A stretch of 64,000 nt of DNA from positions 335,358,001 to 335,422,000 of the forward strand of contig OZ024741.1 of NCBI GenBank assembly GCA_964016885.1, written 5' to 3'. The DNA comes from Eledone cirrhosa. Taxonomy: Eukaryota. Shown here in pieces: positions 38,846 through 53,873 of this stretch; positions within the stretch are counted from its first letter, which is position 1, and the number at the start of each line of letters is the position of its first letter. Made by a program: the position numbers and the translations under genes. The notes under the pieces are model-generated. The model saw only the letters and a list, made by a program, of their open reading frames with translations, had not been told where the DNA came from and did not search any database.

Positions 38846-40606
38846 TGTGAGTTAGAGTAGCTGTTGCAGCATATCTCCCACGCCATCCTCTGAGGCAGTG
38901 TCTTCTTTATTCTATCTGCCAAGACCACAAGGCAGACTAACCCTTAAATAATCCAGTCTAATCCAGGGCCTTGTCACTCTTGTTGGAGGAACCCCTCCTT
39001 GTTTGGTTTTTGTCATGTCAGGGGTGTAGCTGTACTCACCACCCTTGGCTAATTGCAGGTTAGGGAAGCTATTTAATCCATAGTTAGGGGTGGATGGCTG
39101 TTGACTCTGAGGAGTTCATCCACCCATAACAGCTCTTGTTTGGATTTTTTCTTGTGTTGCTGGGGTTCAACTTACCCTCCTCACTAGACCAGGGTTTGAT
39201 GGGGGAGCTGGTTTATTCGCCAATCACTTGACCATGAAGTAGGTTCTCCTAGGTTACATGGTACCAGTAGCAGGCAGAAGCCTGATCTGACCATTAAACA
39301 ATGGATAGTAAATACAGATATCACCCCACCACACCACACACACACACAACAAGAACTAAGTCTCTAAACAAATATTGAATTGGTATAATAAGGATGAAGA
39401 AAAAGTCCAGCAAATTTGAGGGGAAGAGAAAGTCGATTAAATCAACCCCAGTGCATTACTGGTAATTTATTTTATTGACTCTTGAATGGCTGAAAGGAAA
39501 ACTTGACTTTGGTGGGAATTTGAATATACAGTGCCAGAACTAATACTACAAGGCATCTTGTGAAACACTAATAAATCTATCAATTCATCACCCTCTATAA
39601 ATAGAATTACCTCAAAAATAGTTTTTAAACTAAAAGTATTTTCCTAATTCATCTAGTCACTGAGTATTTTACATCAGAAACAAGTACCCCTCAGACAACG
39701 GCTGTAGTCATGCTTTGACTGACTATGAATGTGAAATGTAAAGAAATGAGTTACAGTGTGCTTTGACTTTCATTGACATTTTAATGTCATGAGTAGAGTT
39801 GTAGTTAGGAACAAAGGGTTAATATTTCACTAAATCAGAACTGTTTTTGAAAACATTTTTACAAAATCTTTCTGTATCAGTGAAAGTGATAGTGATGGGC
39901 TGGTACTTTGTTTTATCAACACTTTGATGGCTCAAAGAAAACTTGATTTTAGTGGGGATTTGAATGTACGGTGCCGAAAATAATACAAGGCATTTTGTGA
40001 AGCACTTTATGATTCTGCCAATCCACCAACCTTTATAAATAGAATTACCGCAAAGTACTTTAATATTTCACTGAATTCAAAATGATTTTGTAAAAATGTT
40101 TTCAAAAATAGTTTCACACATTTAATCACTTTCACTTTAGTGTTGATTTTTATTTCATTCATAAATATTGCCAAGAAACAATAGTAATAAATAGTCATTC
40201 TGAAAACAATATAAAATAACTAACATTTTCATTCAGCAAATTCAGCTAAATTTTAAAATACTAAAAGAAAATTATTGCAGTGTCTGTATTTTTCCATTTT
40301 TTTATCACGATAAACATGTAGGTCATTGGTTTTAAATATCTGCTTTACATTTGAAAAAAGGGTAATAGCCCTAAAATATCATTGGTGTTAAATATATAGC
40401 AAACAAGAAAATTCTTTTGCATTGTCATCATAAAACAAAACTATTACTGCACTGAAAAAATGATGTATGTTTGATAAAAATGTGAAACAGCAAAACATTC
40501 TTTTTTAAATCGAGGTAAATATGTTTTTAACATTAAGTAAAGTCTTTAAAGGTTATTGTGCTATGAATAAGGTTTATAATTAAGTTAAAAGTTTAAACTT
40601 ATATAT

Positions 40607-40677
<71 letters not shown>

Positions 40678-41364
40678 TATATGCGTGTGTGTGTACATAC
40701 ATACATGCAACTACATGTACACATGTACAGATACAAAGCATATGCACATGAACACATATAACTCAAAACATACACATCTACATATACAATAACATCCATA
40801 TCTGCACACACATGCATGCAGACATGCATACATATCTACCTAATTGATGTTGTCTAAATCCTAATGAAAGTCTTGTGTCTGTTAGAAATTGACTCTTTCT
40901 CTATTTGTAAAAATGTATAAAATTATAGAACCAGAAGAACATACATACATATTATAAATCCACATCATCATCAGCATCATCAGCATCATTTATCTTCATT
41001 TTCCCTGTTAGCAAGGGTTAGATAACTCTATTTTCTTTTTCTCACATCACTACAAACATTATATTTGTAGTGTATATTAAATTTCTCATTTTTTTAATCT
41101 ACAAGGTACTACATAAATATGACATGTTTACATACTGAATGTATACATACTTTGGGAGGGTAATGCTGCTATTAAAAAACATACACACACCTGTATATAT
41201 ACAAATATATTCATTCCCAGAACCTTATGAACTTTAGTGGCAAAGTGAATTCAAAAATCCATACCAGTAATTATACCACTCTGTCAAAGAATTGTCCTTT
41301 CAAAATATTTATAGATACTTATATAAATAAATAAATATATATATATATATATACATGTATATAT

Positions 41365-42787
41365 ATAAACTAGAAATTGATTGACATATATATATATTTA
41401 AAATAAACACATGAAACAATCACAGGGGATAATTTGTAAAGTGTGTAATCACACATAGCTAGGTAGGTAACTAATTAAAGTTTAACTAGAGCTTCAAATA
41501 TTACCTTTTAAAAAATCATTAATCTTCCTTGTATGCATTTCATTAAAGAAACATATTTCACCATTAATCCATAAAGTCACAGTAGTCAAATCCTGGATCT
41601 TCAGCAAGGGAGAAGATTTAACTACTAACAACATGCTAGCGTCATCCCAGTGGCGTGAATAGGGTGATCGACAGCTATAAATAGCAGTTGAGTCCTTTGA
41701 ACTGAGTTAGCTCTACAATTAAGGAGCCGTGTATATATCCAAAATTAATTTAACTAAATTAAATTAAGGGAGTCATGTCCGAGACATGCGCCATACCCAC
41801 TGTAGAATAAGCTCAAAGATTCCAATGAATAGATCCGAGCATTTTATATCAACTAGAAATTAATTGACATATATATATATTTAAAATAAACACATGAAAC
41901 AATATCAGGGGATAATTTGTAAAGTGTGTAATCACACATAGCTAGGTAGGTAACTAATTAAAGTTTAACTAGAGCTTCAAATATTATCTTTTAAAAAATG
42001 ATTAATCTTCCTTGTATACATTTCATTAAAGAAACATATTTCACCATTAATCCATAAAGTCACAGTAGTCAAATCCCAGATCTTCAGCAAGGGAGAAGAT
42101 TTAACTATCCGTGTTTACACATCAAATACAAATCTGCGAGTGACCCATTCTTTAATTGGAATCTTTGAGCTTATTCTACAGAGGATATGGCGCATGTCTC
42201 GGACATGACTCCCTTAATTTAATTTAGTTAAATTAATTTTGGATATATACACGGCTCCTTAATTGTAGAGCTAACTCAGTTGAAGGGACTCGGCTGCTAT
42301 TTATAGCTGTCGATCACCCTATTCACGCCACTGGGATGACGCTAGCATGTTGTTAGTAGTTTTAGAATTGCAACACGTGCGATGGGTCACTCGCAGATTT
42401 GCATTTGATGTGTAAACACGGATAGTTAAATCTTCTCCCTTGATGAAGATCCAGGATTTGACTACTGTGACTTTACGGATTAATGGTGAAATATGTGAAA
42501 TGTATACAAGGAAGATTAATGATTTTTTTAAAAGGTAATATTTGAAGCTCTAGTTAAACTTTAATTAGTTACCTACCTAGCTATGTGTAATTACACACTT
42601 TACAAATTATCCCCTGTGATTGTTTCATGTGTTTATTTTAAATATATATATATGTCAATCAATTTCTAGTTGATATAAAATGCTTGGATCTATTCATTGG
42701 AATCTTTGAGCTTATTCTACAGTGGGTATGGCGCATGTCTCGGACATGACTCCCTTAATTTAATTTAGTTAAATTAATTTTGGATAT
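41365..42787. mobile_element. Inverted pair of tandem arrays of a ~550-nt HHR-bearing monomer
   Basis: Left arm period 483 (41368/41851), right arm period 541 (42156/42697) in the opposite orientation; flanked by (TA)n. Confidence 0.85.
41527..41609 (-). ncRNA. Hammerhead-like motif of the tandem monomer (also 42010-42092 - and 42438-42511 +)
   Basis: Stem I CCUUG/CAAGG, CUGAAGA, 56-nt atypical stem II, GAAA, AUGCAU palindrome, H=A; the + copy has core AUGAAGA. Confidence 0.65.
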
Positions 42788-42872
42788 ATATGTTTATATA
42801 TATATATATATATATATATGTGAATGTATATATGTATGTATATATATATGTATATATATGTATGTATATATG

Positions 42873-42903
<31 letters not shown>

Positions 42904-44844
42904 TTATATATGTATGTATATATATGTATATATATATCTATATATATATATGTATATATATATGTATGTATATATATATATGTATATATATATATGTATA
43001 TATATATGTATCTATATATATGTATATATATATATATGTATATATATATGTATATATATATGTATGTATATATATGTATAAATATATGTGTATATATATG
43101 TATATGTGTATATATATGTATATATATATATGTGTAATCTATGTATGCATGAGTATGTGTGTCATAAAATCAGGTGAAACTGTTTACTATATCAATTTTT
43201 TTTTTTTTTTAAGCCTAAATATGGATCACATGGAATATTACTGTGTCAATAAGTTTTTGCCATTTCAAAGACAAAACAAAACAATAATGAAGCAATCCCA
43301 AAGAAATAGATACTGAAGTTCATCACATCAATGTTTTGTAATGTTAAGTATCACATAAAACTACCGGATTTTGATTCCAGTAGTTTAGAACTTTGGTAAA
43401 GAGCAATGAATCAGAAGAGAAATATGAAGACTTTTGGAAAGAAATGACACGAAGATGAAGAAGTAATAATATAAATCATAAAGGAATTTCTTGGATATAA
43501 CTGTTGTAGAGACAATGGAAAAAAATTCCTCTTAATGTTATATCTATCTTGAGTGATACAAGAAAAGGTAGAGGTTCTTTTTAAAACCTCAATGGAAAGA
43601 CATATGACCAAAAATCTCTGATGAAATGGTTAACACCTGACTGAACTCTATGGAAATCATGTGAAATTGATCCCCATTTCATTTTACTTTACTGATTCAG
43701 AAGTTTGAGCGAAGTTTAGTGAATGTTTTCTAGCTGTTTATTTATTGAACAAGCTAATGGTGTGTGTATATGAATTCATATGATGGTTATGATTTATAAA
43801 AGAAACAAATGAATTGAAAAAAAGAAAAAGGTGAGCAAGAAGAAAACGATATGAGAGCGAAGACATGCACACTCAATTACACTCTACAAGGAATGCTAGT
43901 TTGCCCTCTAAACATTTTTGAGACAAACCAAGACACTCATAGCATTACTGCTAGTGATAGTGATAAAATGATAAAAAGAAAATTATCTTTATGCTTTATC
44001 ACACAAAATCAAAAAAAAATACATCGCAAAAAAACTCAAACTAAAACACGCGAAAAACCCAAACAAATACACACAAAGACCCTGCACAAACACACACATA
44101 AGCCTCATACAAAAATCCACACAAACACAAAAAAAAACCACTCACAAAAAAAAGGCAAAAAGCCACATAAATACACACACTAACTCACTCAAACACACAA
44201 AAGTTCTACACAAACATTCACAAAAGCAGAAAAAAACCCACGTAAGCACACAGCAAAAAAATTCACACAAACACACACAACACAAAAAAGCCCACACAAA
44301 CACACAGACGCACCTGAGCGATCTACCTGCAGCAAGGAAAAGAAAATATAAAGAAAAGAACATTTTTGTTTTTGAAGTGTTGAATGTAACAGTTTTCGTT
44401 CCCAAAGAATAAGAATGCTGTTTGTACATAGGAACCAATAAATATTTTGCTATTGGACTTTGACTATTTGGAGAGGAGAACATGGCAGAGGATGTACAGT
44501 TGGATATTGAAAAAAGAGAAAAGAGAAATTATTGTCTAATGCAGTATATTTCCTACTCTTTCACTACCACCAAAGACCTTGTTTATTTTAAAAAAGATTT
44601 CCAGTGAACTACAAGCTTTTTAAACGTCTATTTACTCAACAAGTTGAGTCGCAGGACAGACGTTCAGTAATACCTTTCTGCCTCTCTCCTCTCTCCCTTA
44701 CAGGGATCTGTGAACCCCAGGTTTGGTTGAGAACTGCTGGTCTAATATATCGATATTCTAAGTCTTACAAACCCAATGTTTTCTTCAGAACTTAAAAGGC
44801 TGATATTTAATTTTGTCCAAATAACAAGCGTCATCGATATTTAA

Positions 44845-45064
44845 CCCTTTAGCATTTACATTACTCTATATTTACTATTGTATTTTCATGGTAAAGGCTT
44901 TGTCTTACATAATATCTCGCATAATATCGAATCTATGAGATTTTGATATCCTTTATTTTGAGAACAATACCTTAACATCACTATAAGTGGCCAGTTACAG
45001 CCAGTTTGAACAGAAAGAGGTGAGAGAATTCTGGCTGGATACGGTCAGTTTAAATGCTAAAGGG
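44845..45064. mobile_element. piggyBac-type MITE
   Basis: TTAA-ccctttagcattta ... taaatgctaaaggg-TTAA; second copy at 60887. Confidence 0.9.
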
Positions 45065-45807
45065 TTAAAACATCTTTAAAAAATACATTTTCAAATTTTT
45101 ATTGAATTATAACTATCATTATAATTAACCTGTTAATAAGTCAGAAAAAAAGTACTAAGTGATGGAACAGATTTATAATGATTTATATAAAATGGTAACT
45201 AATGATATATATATATAATGATATATATATATATAATGATATATATATATAAAGATTATAATAATATATATATAATGAAAACAATGATATATATATATAA
45301 AAGGATAAATAATGATATATATATATATATTGTGATATATATATATATAATGATATATATATATATAAAAGAAATAAAAACAAAATAATAAAAAAAAAAG
45401 ACACCTTTATATTTTGATTTTATGTAAATAAAATTTTCTGTTTAATATCTATTTATCTATTCATTTATCTGCCTGATTGTCTATTTATCTAACTATCTAT
45501 CAATTCTCTGAAAGGTGGGTGAATGTGACGAAAATAGCCCGAGTGAATGGGCCTTCTCTGTATATAAACCTGTAGGTTGAGGAAGATAAAAAGAGGGAAG
45601 ATGAGAACACCTACAAAACGTGCTCCTGGTGTTGAGGGTTGTTCTATCTATGGGGTGTAAAACAACCATACAGTACCGTTCCCACTATTGGTGACTTCGA
45701 TTGTTAACTTTTTAATATGTAGTTTATTGTTATATATTAATGTTAAAGTTTATACGATTTTCATGTAAAACCCCCACCGTCACGTCTTGTAATGTCCCAT
45801 TTCTATC

Positions 45808-45838
<31 letters not shown>

Positions 45839-46568
45839 CTGTCTATCTATCTATCTATTTCTCTCCCTGTCTATCTATCTATATGTTCATACATACTTAC
45901 ATATACACACATAGTAATTTATTTAAAAATAATTACTTTGTCAAATGTACCATATAAAAGCAAACATAACCATTTACACATGCAGACACTCAAAATGCAC
46001 ACACAAGGGATAAATAGACACACTAAAATGCACACACACACACACACTAATGTTCACATATATACGAATGCACACATGCAGAAATGCACACACACAAACA
46101 CAAATCCACTTACACAAATGCACTCATATACACAAGTACACACACATACACAAAAATTCTTACACAAACATAAATGCACACACAAACACAAATACACATC
46201 CACAAATGCAAACACAAACCCACAAACACACACAAATGCACAAACACACAAAAATACATACATACAAAAGTACACACACATATGCAAATGCACATACATA
46301 TGCATACACACATACATGTATTCATATATCTGCCTAAATAGAATCTAATGTGAAACTAAATCACAGTATGAGAACATAACTCGACATCAAAGTCAAATGT
46401 TTGAGTCATGATATACAACTTTCAGCTGCTCTCCGAAATATTCTTATTCTTATTTGTTAATCAGTGATAAATGTTCAATATGAGATGTTTGCATGTTATG
46501 ATTAGATTCTAGACATTTAAAAGTATATATCCTGCTCTTACTATATCTGAATGTGCATATATATATAT

Positions 46569-46613
<45 letters not shown>

Positions 46614-46661
46614 CAGATGTACACATATATATATATATGTATATGTATGTATATATATATG

Positions 46662-46695
<34 letters not shown>

Positions 46696-46962
46696 CAAAC
46701 ACACATACATATATATACATATGTATATATATATATATATATATACATACATTGCATATGACATTCACATGCACTGAATAGATATATAATAATATACCAG
46801 ATATTTAAAAATACATCTCTTGCTTTTAATATCTGAACATACATACATATGTACATTATACATTGCACGCAATGAATATCCATTAATTAAAGTTATGTAT
46901 ATTTGTAAAATAATGTGAGAGAGCCATCAAAATAATGTTGATGACAATAATTATATACATAC

Positions 46963-47068
<106 letters not shown>

Positions 47069-47124
47069 AATAACATATATATATATATATATATAAATAC
47101 ATATATATATATATATATATATAA

Positions 47125-47165
<41 letters not shown>

Positions 47166-47520
47166 CATATATACATATATATATATATATACACACACAT
47201 ACACACACATACATATATATATATATAAATATATTTGTATGTGTATGTGCGTGATGTGTGTGTGTTGTCTGTATGCATGTGTGTTAGAAAGAAAGATGGT
47301 GTAGAATGAGATTACCATTCCTTATAAAAGATAAATTTCTGTTGAGGAAACTGGAATGAACCTCCATTAGCTTCGATGATGAGTTTTCCAGTGGTTCACT
47401 CAATAGAACAGCCTATCCCGTTCAATTACAGATACACTTTATTTGTATTGTAGTGTAATTGACTCAGTATTCCATAGACATGTGTACCCTTAACTTAATT
47501 CTCAGGGAGATTCAGTGTAA

Positions 47521-49203
47521 ATCAGGATGTTGTTGGAGATAAGTGTGTCTGGAATGATGCAGGTGTACTTAGTGTCACGAATGATCAGAAAAAGGAGGCC
47601 TGGAAATGTCATTATGAGAGACTGATGAATGTGGAGAACAAATGGGAGAGAGAGAAATTACCCCATTAAACTTGACAGAGGGACTAGCTATTGAGATTGA
47701 CAAATATAGGGTCCAAGATGCAATTAAGGAAATGAAAAATGGTAAGGCTGCTGGACTGTCAGGGATAGTTGCTGAGATGTTGAAGGCATCAGGAGAAGTA
47801 GGCACTAAACTGGTTGCACGCATCATCAATCAAGCTATATATGGTGGTGTCATACCCAAAGACTGGTGCAGCAGTATTCTCATAAATTGCTACAGAGGTA
47901 AAGGGGATGCTCTGGAGAGGAGCAATTATAGGGGCATAAAGCTGATGGCTCAGGTTATGAAAGTGGCCGAGAGAATATTAGCGCAACTAATTAGAGAAAG
48001 GGTCAAATTAGATGAAACGCAGTTTGGTTTTGTGCCTGGGAAGAGTACAACAGATGCCCTCTTCTTAGTGAGACAACTACAAGAGAGGTTCTTAGAGAAG
48101 AATAAGCTGCTATACATAGCTTTTGTTGACCTAGAGAAGGCCTTTGATAGGGTACCCCAATCTGTCATCTGTTGGTCCCGAAGGAAACTAGGTATAGAGG
48201 AATGGCTTGTGAAGACAGTACAAGCTATGTACAAAGTAAGAGTAGGAATGGAGTTTAGTGAGGAATTCCAGATACAAGTACGAGTACATCAGGGTTCGGT
48301 CCTCAGCCCACTCTTGTTCATTATAGTCCTCCAAGCCATAACAGAGGAGTTTAAGACTGGCTGCCCATGGGAAATTCTCTATGCTGACGATCGGGTTATT
48401 ATAGCAGAATCAGTAGAGGAGCTAGAGAATAAATTCTGGCAATGGAAACAGCAGTTGGAATCAAGAGGACTGAGAGTGAACATAGCTAAGACAAAAGTGT
48501 TGATAAGTAGAAAAGAGGACAAAACTCTGATTCCGTCAGGGAAATGGCCATGTTCGATATGTAGGAAAGGAACTGGCATAAATTCTATAAAATGTACACA
48601 ATGCAGATCTTTGGTACACAAGAGATGTAGTGGGATAGAAGGCAAACTAACAGGTAGGGAAAACTACATATGCAGTAGATGTACAGGGCAATTTGACAGT
48701 AGTAATCACAGTGATAGACACATTTTTCAAATTCAGGTGGGCTCTATAGAAGTGATTGATAGCTTCCAGTACCTAGGTGATCAGATTAGCATGGTAGTAA
48801 GACATGGGCAGCAACTAAAGAGGATATGCGATGGCTGGAGAGAAATGAAGCAAGCAATGTGTGTGAACGACCAAGCATAGATGAGTTGAGAGAGAAACTG
48901 TGTATAAGAGGGATAAGTTGTGGTGTGTGGGAGAGAAGACTGAGATGGTATGGACATGTGATGCGCATGGAGGATGACCGGTGGGTAAAGAAGTGCCAAG
49001 AAATCCCAGTAGAAGGAAGACACAGTAGAGGAAGACCATGAAAAACATGGGCGGAGATAGTGAGAGCAGACCTCAGATCGCTGAAGCTCACGGAGGAGAT
49101 GACGAAGGACCGTGACAAGTGGAGAGATGATGTGCTGAATAGGAGCCGTCCAACCCTTGCAAGCAGGGAAAAGCGGACGTAAAATGATGATGATGATGAT
49201 GAT
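47521..49203 (+). mobile_element. RTE LINE fragment with internal deletions
   Basis: RT motifs FVDLEKAFD and YADD, PHD-like finger, (atg)n tail; same subfamily as 50692-53300. Confidence 0.95.
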
Positions 49204-49673
49204 TCAGCATGACACACTGTGTGACGTGGCTGACCCTTTGAATTAGAGTACAGTTTATCTGACAAGCCTTGGAACATTTTCCGTCCACCCAAATTTCACT
49301 CATATGACATGGGTCAACCTGAGGCTATGGTAAATGACTCTTGCCCAAGATGTTACACTGGGATTGAACCTGAGACCTAATGATTACAAAGTGAACCTCT
49401 GAACCATTTGACTATTTTGCTACATTCACTGAAGATGCTAATATCTGAGAGAAACTGAAAATGGGAAAATAATAGAAAAGTTGAAGAATTTTGAAAAGAT
49501 GGGTTTTTCATTGACATATATCATAACAAGCAGAAGATACAGCTGGTGCCAGATCAAAGTATATTATATTTGGTATTGCAGTGTTTTGTTGGGTAGGTGT
49601 GTGTATCTATATATTATTATATACATATATACCAGCTGGTGCCAGATCACAGTATATTATATGAAGTATAGCA

Positions 49674-49860
49674 GCGGTGGATTGGCAGTATCGGTAGAGA
49701 GTCGGACACCATGCTTTGAAGCATAGAGTTACGTCCCTTTACGTTCTGAGTTCAAATCCAGCCGAGGTTAACTTTGCCTCTCACCCCTACGGATTCAATA
49801 AAGTAAAGCACCAGTAATGCACTGAGGGTAATTGCTGTCCTTGTGCCAAAAGTAGAAACA
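49674..49860 (+). mobile_element. SINE (TTA-tail family)
   Basis: Family consensus. Confidence 0.85.
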
Positions 49861-50000
49861 TTTCATTTCATTTCATTTTACGTCCACTTTTCCCTGCTTG
49901 CAAGGGTAATTATATATATTATTATATATATACCAGCTGGTGCCAAATCAAAAGTATATTATATGTGGTATAGGAGTGTTTTGATGGGTAGATATATATG

Positions 50001-50033
<33 letters not shown>

Positions 50034-50037
50034 GGGT

Positions 50038-50077
<40 letters not shown>

Positions 50078-50278
50078 GGGTATATATATAAATATATATA
50101 TATATATGGGTATATATATATATAAATATATATATATATATGGGTATATATATATATATATATTAATAAAAGGAATTCCAACTTTGTCTGATTTACTCGT
50201 TTTATTTACAATCCTTTAAAATTTATAATGGTATTAGAATGAAATAGTATGGTAGAATATTGAATTTTAAGTGTTAAT

Positions 50279-50317
50279 TGAACAAGTACTTTCATGCTTT
50301 CGCAATCTTCAGGTTCA
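50279..50317 (-). ncRNA. 39-nt minimal type I hammerhead
   Basis: UGAAC-CUGAAGA-U-UGC-GAAA-GCA-U-GAAA-GUAC-U-U-GUUCA. Confidence 0.85.
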
Positions 50318-50691
50318 TAATGTGTGGTGACAGTCAAGTTTGCAATTTTCACAGTTGAAAGTATAATTTTCACGAGTGAAAGTATAAAGAAAAAAAGATG
50401 AAATCGAAAATGCAACTGGAGTCTTTTTTTTTAAAATATATATATTTATTTTGTTCCTTTACTGGTTTCGCAGTTCTTCTGCTTTTCAAAAGTAGAGTTG
50501 AGATGGAAGGTCTGTGGTTTTTCTCACATCTGGTTGGTCTTTGAATGTTACTTGTTTTATATGGAAAAAAGTGGCTCGAAACGCCAGATTATGGGTATAT
50601 ATATATATATATATATATATATGGGTATATATATATATATATATATATATGGGTGTATATATATATATATGGATATATATATATATATATA

Positions 50692-53302
50692 CATGGTGGG
50701 CACAGTTACAGTTCAAGAAATGAAGAAGGAGTGAGACTTCTTGAATTTTGTGATGCAAGTACATTGACTATTTGCAACACAAACTTCCAGAAACCTGCCA
50801 ATAAACCTAATAACCTACAAATCTGGTGAGCACATAAGCCAGATTGACTTCCTGCTAGTTAGGCAGCGGGACAGGCAGATAGTGTCTAATACCAAGGCAT
50901 ACCCTGGGGAAGAATGTACCTCACAGCATAGGTTAGTTGTTAGTGATATCTCAGTAAGCAAGAGATGGAATGAGACATATAGGAAGGTGTGGAGAAGAAA
51001 GGTCTGGAAGCTAAAAGACCTTTCACTAAAATTCAAATTTAGGAAAGCCCTTCAAGATGTATACGACGAAAAAGAAGACGATTTAGAGACGTATGACATA
51101 GATAATAACTGGAAGTTCTTACGTGACAACTTGCTGAAGGCTACTGATGAAACCTGTGGCTGGAGCAGAGCTCCAACCAGACAGAGAGTGACCTGGTGGT
51201 GGAACAGCACAGTAGATAAGGCTATTAGAGACAAAAGACTAGCATGGAAGGCTTAGAAAAAGGGTGGGAGTAGGGAAGAATATACAGCCACTAAGAGAGA
51301 AGCTAGACGTCAGGTGTACTTAGCACGCAGGGAGGCAGAGAGTAGGAGGTTTGCCAATGTTCTGCGACGGGAAGATCAGAGGCGTGTGGTGTTCCACATT
51401 GCAAGGCAGTGTGTCAATGCAAATCAGGATGTTGTTGGTGATAAATGTGTCCGGAATGATGCCGGTGTACTTAGTGTCACGAATGACCAGAAAAAGGAGG
51501 CCTGGAAATGTCATTATGAGAGACTGATGAATGTGGAGAACGAATGGGAGAGAGAGAAATTACCCTTGGTAGATCCGACAGAGGGACCAGCTATTGAGAT
51601 TGACGAATATAGGGTCCAAGAGGCGATTAGGGAAATGAAAAATGGTAAGGCGGCCGGACCATCGGGAATAGTTGCTGAGATGCTGAAGGTATCAGGGGAC
51701 GTAGGCACTAAACTGGTTGCACGCATCATCAATCAGGCTATATATGGTGGTGTCATACCCAAAGACTGGTGCAGCAGTATTCTCATAAATTGCTACAAAG
51801 GTAAAGGGGATGCTTTGGAGAGGAGCAATTATAGGGGTATAAAACTGATAGATCAGGTTATGAAAGTGGCAGAAAGGATTTTAGCACAACTAATTAGAGA
51901 AAGGGTCAAACTAGATGAGATGCAGTTTGGTTTTGTGCCTGGGAAGAGTACAACAGATGCCCTCTTCTTGGTGAGACAAATGCAAGAGAGGTTCTTAGAG
52001 AAGAATAAGCCACTATACTTAGCCTTTGTTGACCTAGAGAAGGCCTTTGATAGGGTACCCCGATCTGTCATCTGGTGGTCCCTAAGGAAGCTGGGTGTTG
52101 AGGAATGGCTTGTGAGGACAGTGCAAACTTTGTACAGGGGTACTCCCAGTAAAGTCAGGGTAGGAATGGAGTTTAGTGAGGAATTCCAGATACAAGTAGG
52201 AGTACATCAGGGTTCGGTCCTCAGCCCGCTCTTGTTCATTATAGTCCTCCAAGCCATAACAGAGGAGTTTAAGACTGGCTGTCCATGGGAACTTCTCTAT
52301 GCTGACGATCTGGCTCTTATGGCAGAATCAGTAGAGGAGCTAGAGAATAAATTCCGGCTATGGAAACAGCAGTTGGAAGCAAGAGGACTGAGAGTAAATC
52401 TAGCTAAGACAAAAGTGTTGATGAGTAGAAAAGAGGACAAACCCTGATTCCGTCAGGGAATGGCCATGTTCGATATGCAGAAAAGGAACTGGCATAAATT
52501 CTATAAAATGCACACAATGTAGGTCCTGGGTACACAAGAGATGTAGCGGGATAGCAGGCAAACTAACAGGTAGGGAGAAATATGTATGCAGTAGATGTAC
52601 AGGGAAATTAGACAGTAGAAGTCGCACTGATAGACACATTTTTCAAATGCGAGAGGGCGCTATAGAAGTGGTGGATAGCTTCCGGTACCTAAGAGATCAG
52701 ATTAGCATGGGAGGAGGGTGTTCCGAGGCCATAGTATCTAGAATAAGGATGGGTTGGAAGAAGTTTAGGGAGCTGCTTCCTCTGTTGACGAAGAAGGGTT
52801 TCTCCCTGCGTACGAAAGGCCGGTTGTATGATGCCTGTGTGAGGAGCGCGATGCTGCATGGTAGTGAGACATGGGCAGCAACCGCAGAAGATATGCGACG
52901 GCTGGAGAGTAATGAGGCAAGCATGCTCCGTTGGATGTGCAGTGTAAATGTGCGTGAACGACCCAGCATAAATGTGTTGAGAGAGAAACTGTGTCTGAGA
53001 GGGATAGAATGTAGTGTACGGGAGAGGAGACTGAGGTGGTATGGACATGTGATGCGCATGGAGGATGACCGATGGGTGAAGAAGTGCCAGGAAATGCCAG
53101 TTGAAGGAAGACGTGGTAGAGGTAGACCACGAAAAACATGGGCGGAGGTGGTGAGAACAGACCTCAGATCATTGAAGCTCACAGTGGAGATGACGAGGGA
53201 CCGTGACGAGTGGAGAGATGCTGTGCTGAATAAGACCCGTCCCACCCTTGCAAGCAGGGAAAAGCGGACGTAAAATGATGATGATGATGATGATGATGAT
53301 GA
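50692..53302 (+). mobile_element. 5'-truncated RTE LINE with few lesions
   Basis: End of APE (SQHRLVV), full RT (QFGF, GVHQGS, YADD), C-terminus ending at 53273, (atg)n tail; stop at ~51254, frameshifts at ~50805 and ~52445. Confidence 0.95.
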
Positions 53303-53331
53303 TATATTTATATATATATATATATATATGG

Positions 53332-53428
<97 letters not shown>

Positions 53429-53453
53429 TATATATATATATATATATATATAT

Positions 53454-53487
<34 letters not shown>

Positions 53488-53501
53488 ATATATATATATA
53501 T

Positions 53502-53540
<39 letters not shown>

Positions 53541-53579
53541 TATATATATATATATATATATATGGATATATATATATAT

Positions 53580-53642
<63 letters not shown>

Positions 53643-53873
53643 GAAACACACAGATACATGCGGACGCACACATATATACATGAATGCATCCGCACCCAAC
53701 TGTGAGTTAAGGGTGCCAACTTCACCGATGTTGCTCAATGAATGACTGGGACAGACCAATTCAGTTTGGACTAGACTGAACCAGTATCAGAGTTAAAAAT
53801 ACATTATGAAGAGAGAAGAAACATTTAGATATAATTAGTAATAAAATGTATCATACCTAAACTGTTCCTAAAT

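Noticed and set aside
43615-43660. ctgatga followed by a weak hairpin
   Set aside because: No GAAA or stem I; similar isolated CUGANGA hits at 1298, 6679, 32872 and 44783 were also dropped
45524-45784. Possible solo LTR (tgtgacg...cgtcacg, TATATAAA)
   Set aside because: No terminal CA, no TSD and no second copy in the window
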